Shown one piece after another: positions 63,725 to 64,000 of a DNA stretch of 64,000 nt. The position numbers were made by a program, and so were the translations under genes. The stretch is from Planctomycetota bacterium (lineage in GTDB: Bacteria > Planctomycetota > JAJSAM01 > JAJVHW01). Under the pieces are notes generated by a model. That model ran no database searches, was not told where the DNA came from, and worked only from the letters and a program-made list of their open reading frames with translations. Each line of letters starts with the position of its first letter. Position 1 is the first letter of the stretch. The DNA is taken from positions 95,868-159,867 of the forward strand of contig JAJRPF010000048.1 in the NCBI GenBank assembly GCA_024280885.1, given 5' to 3'.

Positions 63725-63840
63725 CGCCGGAAAACTACCTCGATCAGGGCCGTGCCCGGCAGACGGAAATGACCCGCTCGCGAACTCTCGGCGCGCAAGT
63801 GCGTCCAAGGGCGCGGAAGACCTGACCAGGAGAGCGACCG

Positions 63841-64000
63841 ATGACCGATGCGAACCAGACACTGAACCGGATCGAAGTAGCGAGCCCCTGCACGCAATCG
63901 TGGGACGCCATGACCGGCGATACCAAGCGTCGCTTCTGCGGCGAGTGCCGCCTGCATGTGCATAACCTCTCGGCGATGACGCAGACGGAGGCGAGCGCGC
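63841..64000 (+). CDS. Partial ORF with Cys-rich N-terminal motif (runs off window end)
   Basis: AGGAG RBS; MTDANQTLNRIEVASPCTQSWDAMTGDTKRRFCGECRLHVHNLSAMT, matching a recurrent SPC..W..M.G....RFC..C...V.NLS motif; absent from the ORF track because it has no stop. Confidence 0.75.
   Translation, partial: MTDANQTLNRIEVASPCTQSWDAMTGDTKRRFCGECRLHVHNLSAMTQTEASA

Overview
High-GC bacterial chromosomal window with about 55 genes. Planctomycetota is my inference, from the HEAT+VWA, prenyltransferase-repeat, PEP-CTERM-type and many secreted proteins. Housekeeping genes: mutY, kbl, rmuC, sixA, a 2-oxoacid dehydrogenase locus (E1alpha-E1beta-E2-E1alpha' with a displaced lpdA), gluQ, queF and a ferredoxin. 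Most unusual observations: (1) at least six coupled, exported amidohydrolase-fold genes (7 domains), of which only one keeps the full metal-binding set; (2) a modular, palindrome-rich intergenic repeat in three copies with a gap-free 198-nt core and compensatory stem changes; (3) an orphan lipoprotein with six GEKS[C/Y][G/S] repeats resembling MNIO/DUF692-modified metal-binding RiPP precursors; (4) a stand-alone DACNV-type diadenylate cyclase; (5) two different E1alpha genes around one E1beta; (6) a two-domain arrestin-like protein; (7) a secreted gene frameshifted by one extra 7-bp repeat unit; (8) TANNNT boxes 6-8 nt before many start codons, suggesting leaderless mRNAs. No rRNA, tRNA, CRISPR array or transposase was recognised. 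All family assignments come from motif recognition by eye; no database searches were run.
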